A DNA stretch of 64,000 nt from Candidatus Eiseniibacteriota bacterium (GTDB lineage Bacteria > Eisenbacteria > RBG-16-71-46 > CAIMUX01 > WJJG01), in NCBI GenBank assembly GCA_030628905.1, contig DAOVQB010000003.1, positions 9 through 64,008 on the forward strand, in the 5' to 3' direction. Numbering within the stretch: position 1 is the first letter of the stretch; each line of letters starts with the position of its first letter. The notes beneath the pieces are model-generated. The model worked only from the letters and a program-made list of their open reading frames with translations. It did no database searches and was not told the DNA's origin. Shown piece by piece: positions 18,855-29,502 of this stretch. The translations under genes and the position numbers were made by a program.

Positions 18855-19826
18855 ATGCACAGAGCTTGCCCTGGATGGCTTCTGCTCATCGCAGCCGCTA
18901 CAGCGGTGATGACTCTGGCCTCAGGATTCGCTGGGACCGCGTCGAGTGACAGTGGCGCGCAAACCGGGGCTTTCGCGAATCTCGAACCCGGGGGACGGGG
19001 CACGGGATTGGCCGGTGCCTTGGGTCCTATTGTGGATAGTCCTACCGCGCTACACTGGAACCCGGTACGCCTTCTACACGTTACCAGACCAGAGATCGAG
19101 GTCACCTATGCCGACCTCTTCGGTCTGGGGCTGGTGCGCCACACCGGTGTATTCCTCGCCTGCCCCCGCTATAGCCAGGACATCTCCTGGAAGGATGGCA
19201 AGATCACGGTCGCGCCCGGAGCACCCACTAGCGCGTGGGGGCTTGGCATCCAATCCACCATGGTCGACCTGGACCCGGAGTCCTACACCGAGCATGATCT
19301 GGCGCTCGGATTTGCAGCTAGGGGCAGATGGGGTCTATCCATCGGTGTCGTCGGACACCTGTTACTTGTCCGGAGTGATGTGGACCAGACGGAGGCCGAC
19401 GGGTATGCATTCGATTTGGCGCTTAGTAGCTCGATGGCGGCGGATCTGGAGGCTTCGCTCGTTCTACGATCCATCTTCTCGGGCTTGAACTGGGAAGACT
19501 CGGACCGTGAAACACTCGCCCAACGGGCGCATATGGGGTTGGGCTATGCGCCTTTTGCCACCGTTCGTCTGCCGCTTGAGGCGATCTGGGATCTGGAACG
19601 GGGGAGATGCACTCAGGTAGCCGGCGCTGTTGAGTGGTTTCCCGCCAGCCAAGCGCTGACCCTGCGCGGGGGACTGCGCTGGCGCGACGATGGCAGTGAG
19701 TCCCAGCTCTTTCCCGCCACTGGCTTGGGACTTGCCTGGAAGCAAATTGCTTTCAACTATGGATTCACTGTGGGTCGCGAAGAGCTGGGCGATACTCATC
19801 GTCTCGATCTTCGCTATCGCTTCTAG
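18855..19826 (+). CDS. Outer-membrane beta-barrel, PorQ/PorV/FadL-like (UPF0164-type)
   Basis: Signal peptide, N-terminal G-rich ...GTGLAGALGPIVDSPTALHWNPVRL motif (variant of the FadL/PorV GMGGA...WNPAGL motif). C-terminal ...RLDLRYRF barrel signature. Confidence 0.5.
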   Translation: MHRACPGWLLLIAAATAVMTLASGFAGTASSDSGAQTGAFANLEPGGRGTGLAGALGPIVDSPTALHWNPVRLLHVTRPEIEVTYADLFGLGLVRHTGVFLACPRYSQDISWKDGKITVAPGAPTSAWGLGIQSTMVDLDPESYTEHDLALGFAARGRWGLSIGVVGHLLLVRSDVDQTEADGYAFDLALSSSMAADLEASLVLRSIFSGLNWEDSDRETLAQRAHMGLGYAPFATVRLPLEAIWDLERGRCTQVAGAVEWFPASQALTLRGGLRWRDDGSESQLFPATGLGLAWKQIAFNYGFTVGREELGDTHRLDLRYRF

Positions 19827-19859
19827 CTAGAAGCCCGCAAGGCTGGAAAACGCAAGCCG

Positions 19860-21800
19860 ATGGTCCGCAGAGCCAAACACATAGGTCTCTATGGGGTGGA
19901 GCAGTGGGGTGCCGGCTTCTTTGCCATCGGCCCAACTGGACACCTGCATATCCACCCCTTCCGGGATGACCGCTCTGTCGACCTCGTTGACGTAGTCCAG
20001 CGGAGTGCAGAGCAAGGTCTGATCCCTCCCCTTCTGGTGCGCTTCCCCCAAGTGCTACAGACGCAACTTGAACACTTATACAACTGCTTTGACGAGGCAA
20101 TGTCGGAGTTCGACTACCGGGGCCACTACCGCAGCGTGTTCCCGCTCAAGGTCAACCCCATGAAGCCGGTGGTGGAGCAACTCATCCGCGCCTCGCGATC
20201 CGGTGCCTTCGGGCTGGAGGTGGGCAGCAAGGGGGAGCTGGCTATCGCCCTGGCCCTGCAGCTTCCCAAAGACTCGTGGATCTGTGTAAATGGATTCAAG
20301 GACCAGCAGATCATCAAGATGGTCACGGCAGCATCGGGGAGAGACCCGCAGATGATCCTGATCGTGGAGCAACTCAGGGAGATCCCCATACTGGCGCGCG
20401 AGGCGCGTATGCAGGGTCGCTGCCCTCTACTCGGCTTGCGGTGCCGCCTGAACAGCCGCGGAAGCGGCCACTGGGAGGCCTCTGGTGGAGAGAGCTCGAA
20501 GTTCGGCCTAGGCTCGTCGGAGCTTCTTTGTGCCGTGGATACTCTGCAGGCCAGGGGGCTACTGGATCGCCTGCAAATCCTGCACTACCACATCGGCTCG
20601 CAGATTACCAGCGCACGGCGAATCAAGGACGCCGTTAAGGAAGCGGCTCGCATTTATGCCCGGCTCCGCCGTCGTGGAGTACCCCTTACCACACTCAATG
20701 TTGGCGGCGGGCTCGGCATCGATTATGATGGAAGTAGGACGCCATCAGATAGCAGCGTGAACTACACAACCCTCGAGTTTGCCAATAACATTGTTTATAC
20801 GGTCCGGGAGATCTGTGGAGAAGAAAATGTGCCGCTCCCCAATCTCGTCTCCGAGAGCGGGCGGGCTCTGACTGCCCACCATTCCCTCCTTATCACGAAC
20901 TGTGAAAGTCGAGAAAGCGATGTGCCGGTCAACTACGTCCCGGCTATCACCACGCGCGCCGGCGGATCAGCCACGGTGATGAAGGGGGCCACTAGGGAAC
21001 AATCTGCTCCTGCTCAGATCGCCGAGATGGAAGCTATCGCGCAGGAGATCTCGGTCAAGAACTTCCGCGAGTATTACCATGATGCAGTTGCAACCCGCGG
21101 AGAGATCCTCACCCTCTTCGACCTCGGATACCTCTCGCTCGAAGAGAAGGCCCTCGCGGAGCAGCATTTCTATCAGATCTGCCGGCAAACCTTGACATTC
21201 GCCCGCCAAACCGGTTTCACCTCGGATGAGTTCAGGGTTCTGGAGAAGGCCTTCCGCACGAAGTACGTGACCAATTTCAGCGTCTTCCGTTCGGTGCCGG
21301 ATGCTTGGGCGGTTGGCCACCTCTTCCCCATTCTACCGATCCACCGCCTTGGTGAATTCCCGAGCGAGAAGGGCATCCTGGTGGATCTGACCTGCGATTC
21401 CGACGGGGTCATCGACTCCTTCGTGGACGTACGCGATGTAAAGGAGATGCTGGAACTGCACGCGGGGACAAATGGGCATCCCTACCTACTGGCGATCTGC
21501 CTGCTGGGAGCCTACCAGGACATCATGGGCGATCATCACAATCTCTTCGGGAAACCCGCGGAGCTGGCAGCAACTTACACAGAGGGAGGATTTGAGATCG
21601 ATGTGATCTCGCGAGGGGAGACAATCAGGGAGATAGCTCACCTCGCAGGATACGACCCGGAGCGATTGCAGCACGCCTTCGCGAAACGGCACCATCAGGC
21701 AAGCGCTGAGAACTCTGACGCGCTGGCATACTACACAGCGCTCTGGAGAAGTCCCTCGTACCTCGAAGGCGATCCGGAGTCATTCAAGAATCTCCCGTAG
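19860..21800 (+). CDS. speA: Biosynthetic arginine decarboxylase
   Basis: Collinear with E. coli SpeA (YGVEQWG..., PLKVNPM, GLEVGSKGEL, EKSKFGL, FDVGGGLGIDYDG, SVNYT). Confidence 0.9.
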   Translation: MVRRAKHIGLYGVEQWGAGFFAIGPTGHLHIHPFRDDRSVDLVDVVQRSAEQGLIPPLLVRFPQVLQTQLEHLYNCFDEAMSEFDYRGHYRSVFPLKVNPMKPVVEQLIRASRSGAFGLEVGSKGELAIALALQLPKDSWICVNGFKDQQIIKMVTAASGRDPQMILIVEQLREIPILAREARMQGRCPLLGLRCRLNSRGSGHWEASGGESSKFGLGSSELLCAVDTLQARGLLDRLQILHYHIGSQITSARRIKDAVKEAARIYARLRRRGVPLTTLNVGGGLGIDYDGSRTPSDSSVNYTTLEFANNIVYTVREICGEENVPLPNLVSESGRALTAHHSLLITNCESRESDVPVNYVPAITTRAGGSATVMKGATREQSAPAQIAEMEAIAQEISVKNFREYYHDAVATRGEILTLFDLGYLSLEEKALAEQHFYQICRQTLTFARQTGFTSDEFRVLEKAFRTKYVTNFSVFRSVPDAWAVGHLFPILPIHRLGEFPSEKGILVDLTCDSDGVIDSFVDVRDVKEMLELHAGTNGHPYLLAICLLGAYQDIMGDHHNLFGKPAELAATYTEGGFEIDVISRGETIREIAHLAGYDPERLQHAFAKRHHQASAENSDALAYYTALWRSPSYLEGDPESFKNLP

Positions 21801-21862
21801 GAATGCCTGCGAGAATTCATTGCCCTTGGACGGGGCAGGGGATCACGAACCGGTCGGACAGC

Positions 21863-22241
<379 letters not shown>

Positions 22242-22338
22242 GGCTCGCGCAAGAATCACGGCGTTGTCTCACTGGATGGATGCATGCAAGCGTGGCAGGT
22301 TCGGGTTCAGCGCCAGCGATGCGTGGGGAAATGGGTCA

Positions 22339-24546
22339 TCAGAAACGTAGATTGTACGAGGCCTTCAGGAATAGATCCCGCTGGATAATTCGATAGCGCT
22401 CCGCTTGGCCGGGCGGACTCTCCACAGCGCCCGACGGCTCTCCACCCAGCTGCGTCAACTCATGGATTGATCCATAGCCCACATGGAACACCGTGCCTGG
22501 GACGGTAGTGAAAGAGGCTAGCAGATCAGTTGTCACCACTCCGGCTGCGTCATCCCACGCAACCACCGCACGGAGATAGAGGCACCGCCATGGCTGGTAG
22601 AGGAGTCTCCCCCGCATCAGGCTGATCGTGTAGAGGGGCTTTCCGCGCGCGCGTTCGTGGAAACCCTCCCTGAGATAGCGTAGATCAGCTGAGAGATTCC
22701 CCCAAGGCTGAACCCCCAGCTCGATCAATGGGCCCCGGCGCGTGCCCGGCAATGGATGGGCCGGGTCGTAGTACGTGGCATGCCGCCAGTTCCACGACGC
22801 AAGCAAGCGCACAGAGGAAATCGCCTGAGTCCCCGCCGAGATTTTCCATCCCCCTTGGTCAAACCAGGCGCCTTGATACTGCTCACGGCCAGCGGTCCGT
22901 GTCGCCTGCAACCAGCTCTGGCCAGTCATTTCGAAGCCGATCGACAGGTGCATCTCCCTGTCGGTCTCTCGTCCCCTCCAGCTCCAGAGTGTCCGCTGGC
23001 GGACAGCAGGGCGAATGCAATTCAACCAGCGTGAGCCAGGGTAGACCTTCAAGGCGTAGTGCACCGATGCCCTATGTGTGCCGGAGCGCTTCAGAAACCC
23101 GGTCTCAAGCCTGAAGCGGGGGCTCGCACCGGCATAGGCAGCTTCCAGATCATAACGCTTTTCGCGACGATCCAGGACCGCGCTGCAGGAGTATCCCCAT
23201 GGGTCAGGGCAAGCCTCGTGCGCTGCCGCGCATCCCACGCTGCGGGTGTGGCTGAACAGCACGTGCGTGGCCAGACGGCTCACAGGGGTCAGGATCAGAT
23301 CGGCGTCGCATCCCACTACACGGTTGTGAGACGTTCCGGAAGTCAGATTGCTCCCATAGGCACCCAGGGTAGAGTTGCCCGGAAGATCGATCCGATAGCG
23401 CAGGAGTGCCGCCCGCGCACGCTGCCCGTTGTCCCCCGCGCCGCCCTCCCAGCGGTTGAGACCACCCACCCGATCAACAACCGCAAGCACGCCAATGGAG
23501 TGCCCCCTTGCCAGGCTTCCTGTGAGCTTAGCGCCCAGGTGCGGGCTTTGGATCGTGCGGCTGTGAAAGACCTCCACCACGGCGTGGCCTTCGGCAGCCA
23601 GGCTGAAGATATCTTGCCCCTCAAGAAAGAAGGGACGCTTCTCCGGGTAGTAGACGGGGAAGCGCCTGTTCACCTCCACCTGCGCGACAGCGGCCTCGAC
23701 GTGGCTGAAGTCCGGTTGCCAGGCTAGACTGAGGGTCAGATCGTGGGTCATTCCAAACCTGCAGCTGAGACTCAACTCGGGCCGCAAGGATCCGCTCTCC
23801 ATCCGATCCTCACGGCGCTCGCTGTGGGCCGAGGCGATCCACGCAGGCACGACTTCGGCGATCCGACCAGGACTAGCCCCTTCAAACAGGACTGGGGTTC
23901 CGCAGGCCTGCCAACCTTGTTGGCTCAGATCAATCCCTGGCAGGAAGGCCTTCTCCCCCGTCCGGCTGATATGGCGAAGTGCAATGAGACTCATCGTGAT
24001 CCGCTCCCCCCCCTGGAAGCGCAGGCTCTGGAACGGGATCGACATTTCCGCTGACCAGCCACCTGCGTCCCGGGAAGCAGCCGATGAGAAAATATAGTCC
24101 ACATTGGGATCGTCCCCCTGATCGGTCTGCATCGCATCCATCTGGCTTCCGTGAGGATTGACGAACAGCTCAGCCGCTCCGCGGATCGCCCCCGAACCGT
24201 TCAGAATCAAGCCGACCCAATCCCCATCGAAAGCCGCATCACGCGGCGCCAGCCGACTCCGGATGCGATCGGGTTGGGCGTCATGACAGCGAAAGGCGAT
24301 ATAGATATGTTCCATGTCGTAGGCTACCCAGAACTCCGTCGGCTGGCTCGGGGATTGGTCCGGGACCGGATGACCCGCGACAAACTCAGTGGCCGGTTGG
24401 CTTGCGAGCCAGATCTCATCATCCAACCTACCATCGATGCATGGGGCCTGATCGGTGCGGATGGCGCTAATCGGTTCTAGCGCAGCTGCCCGCATCAAGG
24501 GCCCCGCGCCGAGCAGGATAACGGCAATCCCCAAGACAATCCCCAT
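22339..24546 (-). CDS. Outer-membrane protein with N-terminal CBM9-like domain (DUF5916-like)
   Basis: Signal peptide, IDGRLDDEIW CBM9-like motif, long beta-rich body ending ...ASYNLRF. Confidence 0.55.
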   Translation of the reverse strand: MGIVLGIAVILLGAGPLMRAAALEPISAIRTDQAPCIDGRLDDEIWLASQPATEFVAGHPVPDQSPSQPTEFWVAYDMEHIYIAFRCHDAQPDRIRSRLAPRDAAFDGDWVGLILNGSGAIRGAAELFVNPHGSQMDAMQTDQGDDPNVDYIFSSAASRDAGGWSAEMSIPFQSLRFQGGERITMSLIALRHISRTGEKAFLPGIDLSQQGWQACGTPVLFEGASPGRIAEVVPAWIASAHSERREDRMESGSLRPELSLSCRFGMTHDLTLSLAWQPDFSHVEAAVAQVEVNRRFPVYYPEKRPFFLEGQDIFSLAAEGHAVVEVFHSRTIQSPHLGAKLTGSLARGHSIGVLAVVDRVGGLNRWEGGAGDNGQRARAALLRYRIDLPGNSTLGAYGSNLTSGTSHNRVVGCDADLILTPVSRLATHVLFSHTRSVGCAAAHEACPDPWGYSCSAVLDRREKRYDLEAAYAGASPRFRLETGFLKRSGTHRASVHYALKVYPGSRWLNCIRPAVRQRTLWSWRGRETDREMHLSIGFEMTGQSWLQATRTAGREQYQGAWFDQGGWKISAGTQAISSVRLLASWNWRHATYYDPAHPLPGTRRGPLIELGVQPWGNLSADLRYLREGFHERARGKPLYTISLMRGRLLYQPWRCLYLRAVVAWDDAAGVVTTDLLASFTTVPGTVFHVGYGSIHELTQLGGEPSGAVESPPGQAERYRIIQRDLFLKASYNLRF

Positions 24547-24698
24547 GGACAACTCCTGTGTTCTGGCGTTCTCCCTACCGATCACTCCAGGCTCGCACAG
24601 GCCTGCGCGCTCCCTTGCGTTGTTCCATAGGGTCTAGACATTCATGAGTTGAGAAGTAGCAAACGAGGGGCCAAGTGGAAGGCGACTTGGAGGTATCA

Positions 24699-27371
24699 TC
24701 AATCCCGTCGAATATAGATCTTGCGGATCTCCGTTTCAGCAAGTGCCTGAACTTTCAGGAAATAGAGGCCTGGCGCGACCCGGGCCCCATGGTCGTTGCA
24801 GGTGTCCCAGTAAAGCGTCACTGTCATCCCCGCGGGGAAGGATTCATCCACCCAGTGGCGAACCAGATGACCCGACACCGAATAGATGCGGGCCACAACG
24901 AGGACAGAACCGGTGGGATCGGGCGGGAGCACGAGCGAGAAGCTGGCATCCGTTGTGATGGGATGCGGAAACGGGCCCATCAGCTTGAAGCGCTCCGGGA
25001 AGATCGCCGTCTCGCCTCCTGGCGCGCTCTCATTGCCCATGTTGTCCACTGCAGAGACCGAGACAAACACGCCCTCGGTGCCCTCCGGGAAGGGGAAGAC
25101 CCAAGCGGGCTCGACAATGGGATCGTCATTCAGTTTCTCTCTCTGGGAAGCGCTGGCTGGGCGCGCATAGATATTATATCCGAGCAGGTCGCATTCCGGT
25201 GAAGCCTGCCAGGCAAGAGAGATCATCGCCTCCTCATCCAGTATCTCAACCACCGGTGCCGGCGGTGGGGCCGGTGCCTCATGATCCTCAGTGGGCGCGG
25301 GAGCAGTCGAATCCCCCGGCGCCTCGGGCGGGATCGAGTCGAGCAGGGCGAGCGTGGTGGCCAGCAGCGGCGGGAGAACGAGCGGTGACGCATTGCCCTC
25401 CTCGTCGTAGGCCCGCAGGCTCAGGCCATATAGCGTTTCGGGATCCAGGCCTTCCAGCCGGTAGGCTTGAAGCATCCCCGCAGCCGCTGGCGCGGGCAGC
25501 CCCTCTGTGATCCGCGTCGCATCGTTCCAGTCGGTTGTATCGGCGATCCCGCGGCCCACGAGATAGCCCAGCTCATAGGCCTGCGCCGTGCCATCGCCCC
25601 CATCATCGCCCGGAGCCGTCCACTCCAAGTCGAACCCATCCTCGTAGCTTGCCACCGCCACCAGATCCGCAATAGCAGCAGGGGGAATCGAATCCGGGAG
25701 CAAAAGCTGCTCGGTCGTGACACTGACGACATTGGAAATGCCTGGTTCGAGCCGCCCATGGACCACATTCTTAGCCGCGAAGTAGTAAGTTGTCGCCGGC
25801 TCCAGCTCGCCAACGGCGAAGGCCAGGCTCTCCCCCGGCTCTCCTACCGGGATCAAATCCTGAGGCTCATAACAGGTCACCCAATTCTCGGGGGTCATGG
25901 GAACGAGAGCGTAGCGGATCAGTGTCTGATCCACGGTGTTGATCTCGCCCTCGGGAACCACCCATGTCAGGAGCACAGAGTCGGGTCCCATTACAGCAGC
26001 TTCCAGGTCCTTCAATGTTAGCCAGAACGAGAATCGGGTGTCCTGGCTGGGTACACCGGCGAGGTCTTCGAAGTAGGGGTTGATTTCAACGAAACCATTC
26101 TCGAAAAGGCGGACATAGAGGGTGTCCTGGCCCACGAGTTCCTTACAGAAATCACCCCGGTCCTCACCGAAATCGAAGTTGTACTCGGGGAACCAGACCG
26201 GCGTCCACCCATCGTATACGAGTGTGAAGTAGCCTTCACCAAGCATGGAGGTCCCCAGACCCCAGCGCATGACTCGTTGCTCTTCCTCTGGCGTCGGGTT
26301 CCAACCGCACCCGACGTAGAGATGGATGTAGGTCACGTCCCACCCATCCAGCGAATCGACAGCAAACGGATGCATCACTTGCTCGGCGAAGAAGTAGCCG
26401 TCTCCCAGTAGCATCCCTCCTGTTCCCTGCGGGCCCGTGCGGCGGCCATACATCCAGCTCCACCAGGAATTCTTGTGATCCGGGTGGGTGGGCGTGTGGA
26501 GGAAGGCTTCCCACCTCTCCAGCTTCAGCCCGTTAAATTCCTCCCAGACCCACGCTGGCTTGATAGCCGTACCGGCTCGAACTCCAACAATCACAAGTTC
26601 GGGGAGCGCACCTCGCAGTCGTTGCCGGATGTACTCATTGGTTTCCTTCATGAGCAGCGAGAGCGAATCCATAATGCCACCTTCCCAGCAGAGGTGGGTG
26701 ATGCCCTCGGGTTCACCGTCCAGATCCGGATCAGCATCGGCGTATTTGAAAGGCTGGCTAACCGAAGGGCAATCGTTGAAGACTTCCCAGGCGACCCCAT
26801 TGATGGCCGTAGACTCCCATCCCCAGGGCTCAGGCCAGCCGCCTGCGCCCACAGAGTGGTAGGCAATCTGTGGCATGGCCACATTGATATACCACTCCGC
26901 ATAGGTCATGCCCACTGAAGTGCCGTAGGTTCCCTCTGGGCAATATCGAGTCCAGTTGGCAGCCCACCCGTTCCATTCCGGGATCCTTTCGCCACTGGTG
27001 TCATATAGATACCAGTCGTTTTGAATCGCATAGAATTGGCACAGGCGGATGATGCTCCAGGATGTGTCGGCCACCCACTGATTAGGATTGCTCTCCTCCC
27101 AACCGGAGATATTCTGCGGCATCTCCCGGCAGAGGACGCGCTGGTGGGGGTTGCGGGCACGCATCTCCGCCAGCACCTCGGGCGAGACCAGCAGACCGTT
27201 GACCATGTCGAACCAGGAAAGGGTATCTTTGAGCCCGTCGCTGAACTGATTGATGCTGCGGGTATGCGCTATGACCTTGGGGTAGGTGGGAACTCCGCCC
27301 TGGGTCGCACCCGTGCGGGATGTCCCAACGAGGGCCAGAGCGACGAGCACGGGCAGGCAGAGCCTTGCCAT
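24699..27371 (-). CDS. Secreted multidomain protein: N-terminal glycoside-hydrolase-like TIM-barrel-like domain, two FN3 domains, C-terminal T9SS-type sorting-domain-like tail
   Basis: Signal peptide, FN3-like segments. C-terminus ...GLYFLKVQALAETEIRKIYIRRD resembles T9SS/FlgD-Ig CTDs. Confidence 0.6.
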   Translation of the reverse strand: MARLCLPVLVALALVGTSRTGATQGGVPTYPKVIAHTRSINQFSDGLKDTLSWFDMVNGLLVSPEVLAEMRARNPHQRVLCREMPQNISGWEESNPNQWVADTSWSIIRLCQFYAIQNDWYLYDTSGERIPEWNGWAANWTRYCPEGTYGTSVGMTYAEWYINVAMPQIAYHSVGAGGWPEPWGWESTAINGVAWEVFNDCPSVSQPFKYADADPDLDGEPEGITHLCWEGGIMDSLSLLMKETNEYIRQRLRGALPELVIVGVRAGTAIKPAWVWEEFNGLKLERWEAFLHTPTHPDHKNSWWSWMYGRRTGPQGTGGMLLGDGYFFAEQVMHPFAVDSLDGWDVTYIHLYVGCGWNPTPEEEQRVMRWGLGTSMLGEGYFTLVYDGWTPVWFPEYNFDFGEDRGDFCKELVGQDTLYVRLFENGFVEINPYFEDLAGVPSQDTRFSFWLTLKDLEAAVMGPDSVLLTWVVPEGEINTVDQTLIRYALVPMTPENWVTCYEPQDLIPVGEPGESLAFAVGELEPATTYYFAAKNVVHGRLEPGISNVVSVTTEQLLLPDSIPPAAIADLVAVASYEDGFDLEWTAPGDDGGDGTAQAYELGYLVGRGIADTTDWNDATRITEGLPAPAAAGMLQAYRLEGLDPETLYGLSLRAYDEEGNASPLVLPPLLATTLALLDSIPPEAPGDSTAPAPTEDHEAPAPPPAPVVEILDEEAMISLAWQASPECDLLGYNIYARPASASQREKLNDDPIVEPAWVFPFPEGTEGVFVSVSAVDNMGNESAPGGETAIFPERFKLMGPFPHPITTDASFSLVLPPDPTGSVLVVARIYSVSGHLVRHWVDESFPAGMTVTLYWDTCNDHGARVAPGLYFLKVQALAETEIRKIYIRRD

Positions 27372-27797
27372 GCGGAGCCATACTGGTCCCGTCCTCCCAG
27401 GCGCAGGTACGACGGAAAGCGTTCCTTCGGATGTCGAGCCAAGCATGAAGATATCCGTAGCATGGGTCGTGCCATCGGCGCATAAGGGGATCCAAGGCTC
27501 GTTCTATATCAGATAGCGTGGCTTCCATCAACCTTCTTCGCGGAAGGGAGTAGGACGTGGTTGCAAGAATTATGTTCCCAGCCGGATAGGAATTCGCCGC
27601 TGCCGCGCGTGGCGGTAGGGAACAGATAGGGTGGTCTGGGTGTTACCGATTCTGCATGACCCATATTGACAATGCGGCGATAGTGAGAGGATCCTCGTGA
27701 TCAGCCATGGATCATCCTCGTGATCGGCCGCCAGCCCTAAGGCCAGCCTGTTGAAGAACCGGAGGCACAGGATACCTAGGAGAGGAGAAGAAAACAG

Positions 27798-29327
27798 ATG
27801 AGCATACGACGGCATCAGAAACGGGAAGCCCTGCCAATCGCGGCGAGATGGGGCACGCCATTGGCCCTCAGCATCCTGATCGCCTTGAGTAGCCTTTGGT
27901 TTAACTGGGCTCCTTCGTCGCTCAGAGCGGAGGCCTTGGCATCCCCTGGCTCGCCCGACCCTCGCGAGACCGCCGCGGCCCTCGGCCAGGCCTTCTCCCG
28001 GATCGCCGAAGACGTGCTGCCCTCCGTGGTCACCATTACGAGCGAGAGAGTCATCACGCTCAACACGGGACACAGTGATACGAGCTCTCCGTTCCCGGAC
28101 TTCTTCCGCCGCTTCATGCCCCTGCAACCCGGAGGCGGCCGTCCACAGGAGTTCCGCCAGCAGGGGCTCGGTTCAGGCATTATTGTTGATGCCGGTGGCA
28201 TCATCCTCACCGCCAATCACGTGGTTCAGGATGCGGAGCATATAAGTGTTATCCTCTCTGACGACCAGCGGTTTGACGCGGAGGTCGTGGGAACAGACCC
28301 CGATACGGATGTGGCCGTCCTGCGCGTCCATGCCGATAACCCGCTGCCGGCAGCACCCATTGGGGACAGCGAGGTCCTGAATGTCGGCGAATGGGTCCTG
28401 GCGCTCGGAAATCCGTTTGACCTGGGGCTGCGAGGAACGGTCACGGCCGGCATTGTGAGCGCGACAGGGCGCTCGGGCATCAATCTGACCCGCTATGAGG
28501 ACTTCATTCAGACCGACGCAGCTATCAACCCCGGCAACAGTGGGGGGCCGCTGGTCAACCTCCGCGGGGAAGTGATCGGAATCAACAGTGCGATTGCGAC
28601 CAGGACCGGCGGGTACCAGGGAATCGGGTTCGCCATCCCGATGGCACTGGTTCAACCAGTCATGGAAAGCATCCTTGCAGATGGTCATGTCGTTCGCGGC
28701 TGGCTGGGCGTCTACATCGATGATCTGGATGACTCCCTGAGAGAGGCATTCGGGATGGATGCGGATCAAACGGGCGGAGTACTCATCCAACAGATACAGG
28801 CAGACAGTCCGGCCGAGGGCAGCGATCTCCAAGACGGGGACATCATCCTCGCCATGGAGGGGACACCGATCAAGGACAGGCGCGATTTGCAATTCCGTGT
28901 TGCAGAAACGCGCCCGGGAACCACGGTGACCTTCACCATCCAGCGCGACGGCCAGCGCAAGCAGCTGGATGTCAAACTCGGCGAGCTGGATCGCTCCGCA
29001 ACCCTGGCGCAGGCCTCCGGAGGCGCGCATGATCCACTGAAGGATCTGGGGCTGGATGTGGCCGATCTGAACGAGCAGTGGCGAGCGAGGCTCTCGGTCG
29101 ACGAAAACCTCGCTGGGGTTGTGGTGACAGGCGTGGCACGCCACTCATCAGCGGCCGAAGCGGATCTGCGCGTGGGCGACCTGATCGTGGAAGCTTCCCG
29201 AGAGTCGGTAACAAGTGTAAGGCAGCTGCGGAGCATCGTTAGCCGTACGGATCCAGACAGCGTTCTACTGCTCAAGGTTGTCACCGAATCTATGCGCCGG
29301 TTCGTGGCCCTGCGCCTTCCCGAATAG
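27798..29327 (+). CDS. htrA: Periplasmic serine endoprotease DegP/HtrA (Do family, two PDZ domains)
   Basis: Catalytic triad context TANHVV, D, GNSGGPLVN, followed by two PDZ-like segments. Signal peptide present. Confidence 0.9.
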   Translation: MSIRRHQKREALPIAARWGTPLALSILIALSSLWFNWAPSSLRAEALASPGSPDPRETAAALGQAFSRIAEDVLPSVVTITSERVITLNTGHSDTSSPFPDFFRRFMPLQPGGGRPQEFRQQGLGSGIIVDAGGIILTANHVVQDAEHISVILSDDQRFDAEVVGTDPDTDVAVLRVHADNPLPAAPIGDSEVLNVGEWVLALGNPFDLGLRGTVTAGIVSATGRSGINLTRYEDFIQTDAAINPGNSGGPLVNLRGEVIGINSAIATRTGGYQGIGFAIPMALVQPVMESILADGHVVRGWLGVYIDDLDDSLREAFGMDADQTGGVLIQQIQADSPAEGSDLQDGDIILAMEGTPIKDRRDLQFRVAETRPGTTVTFTIQRDGQRKQLDVKLGELDRSATLAQASGGAHDPLKDLGLDVADLNEQWRARLSVDENLAGVVVTGVARHSSAAEADLRVGDLIVEASRESVTSVRQLRSIVSRTDPDSVLLLKVVTESMRRFVALRLPE

Positions 29328-29502
29328 GGCCCGGTGAGCCTCACTGGGAGGTGATTGCGTAGGTGCCTGCCATGGCAGTGCAGCAGAGGGCTGGTGGAAA
29401 TTCCCGGCGAAGTGCAGTTGACTTGCGCAGTTCTTCAGCCTAGGCTCCTTTCGCGGATGAGCAGGTAACGTTCCGGGAAACGAGTCAGGAAAGGGAACCG
29501 CG

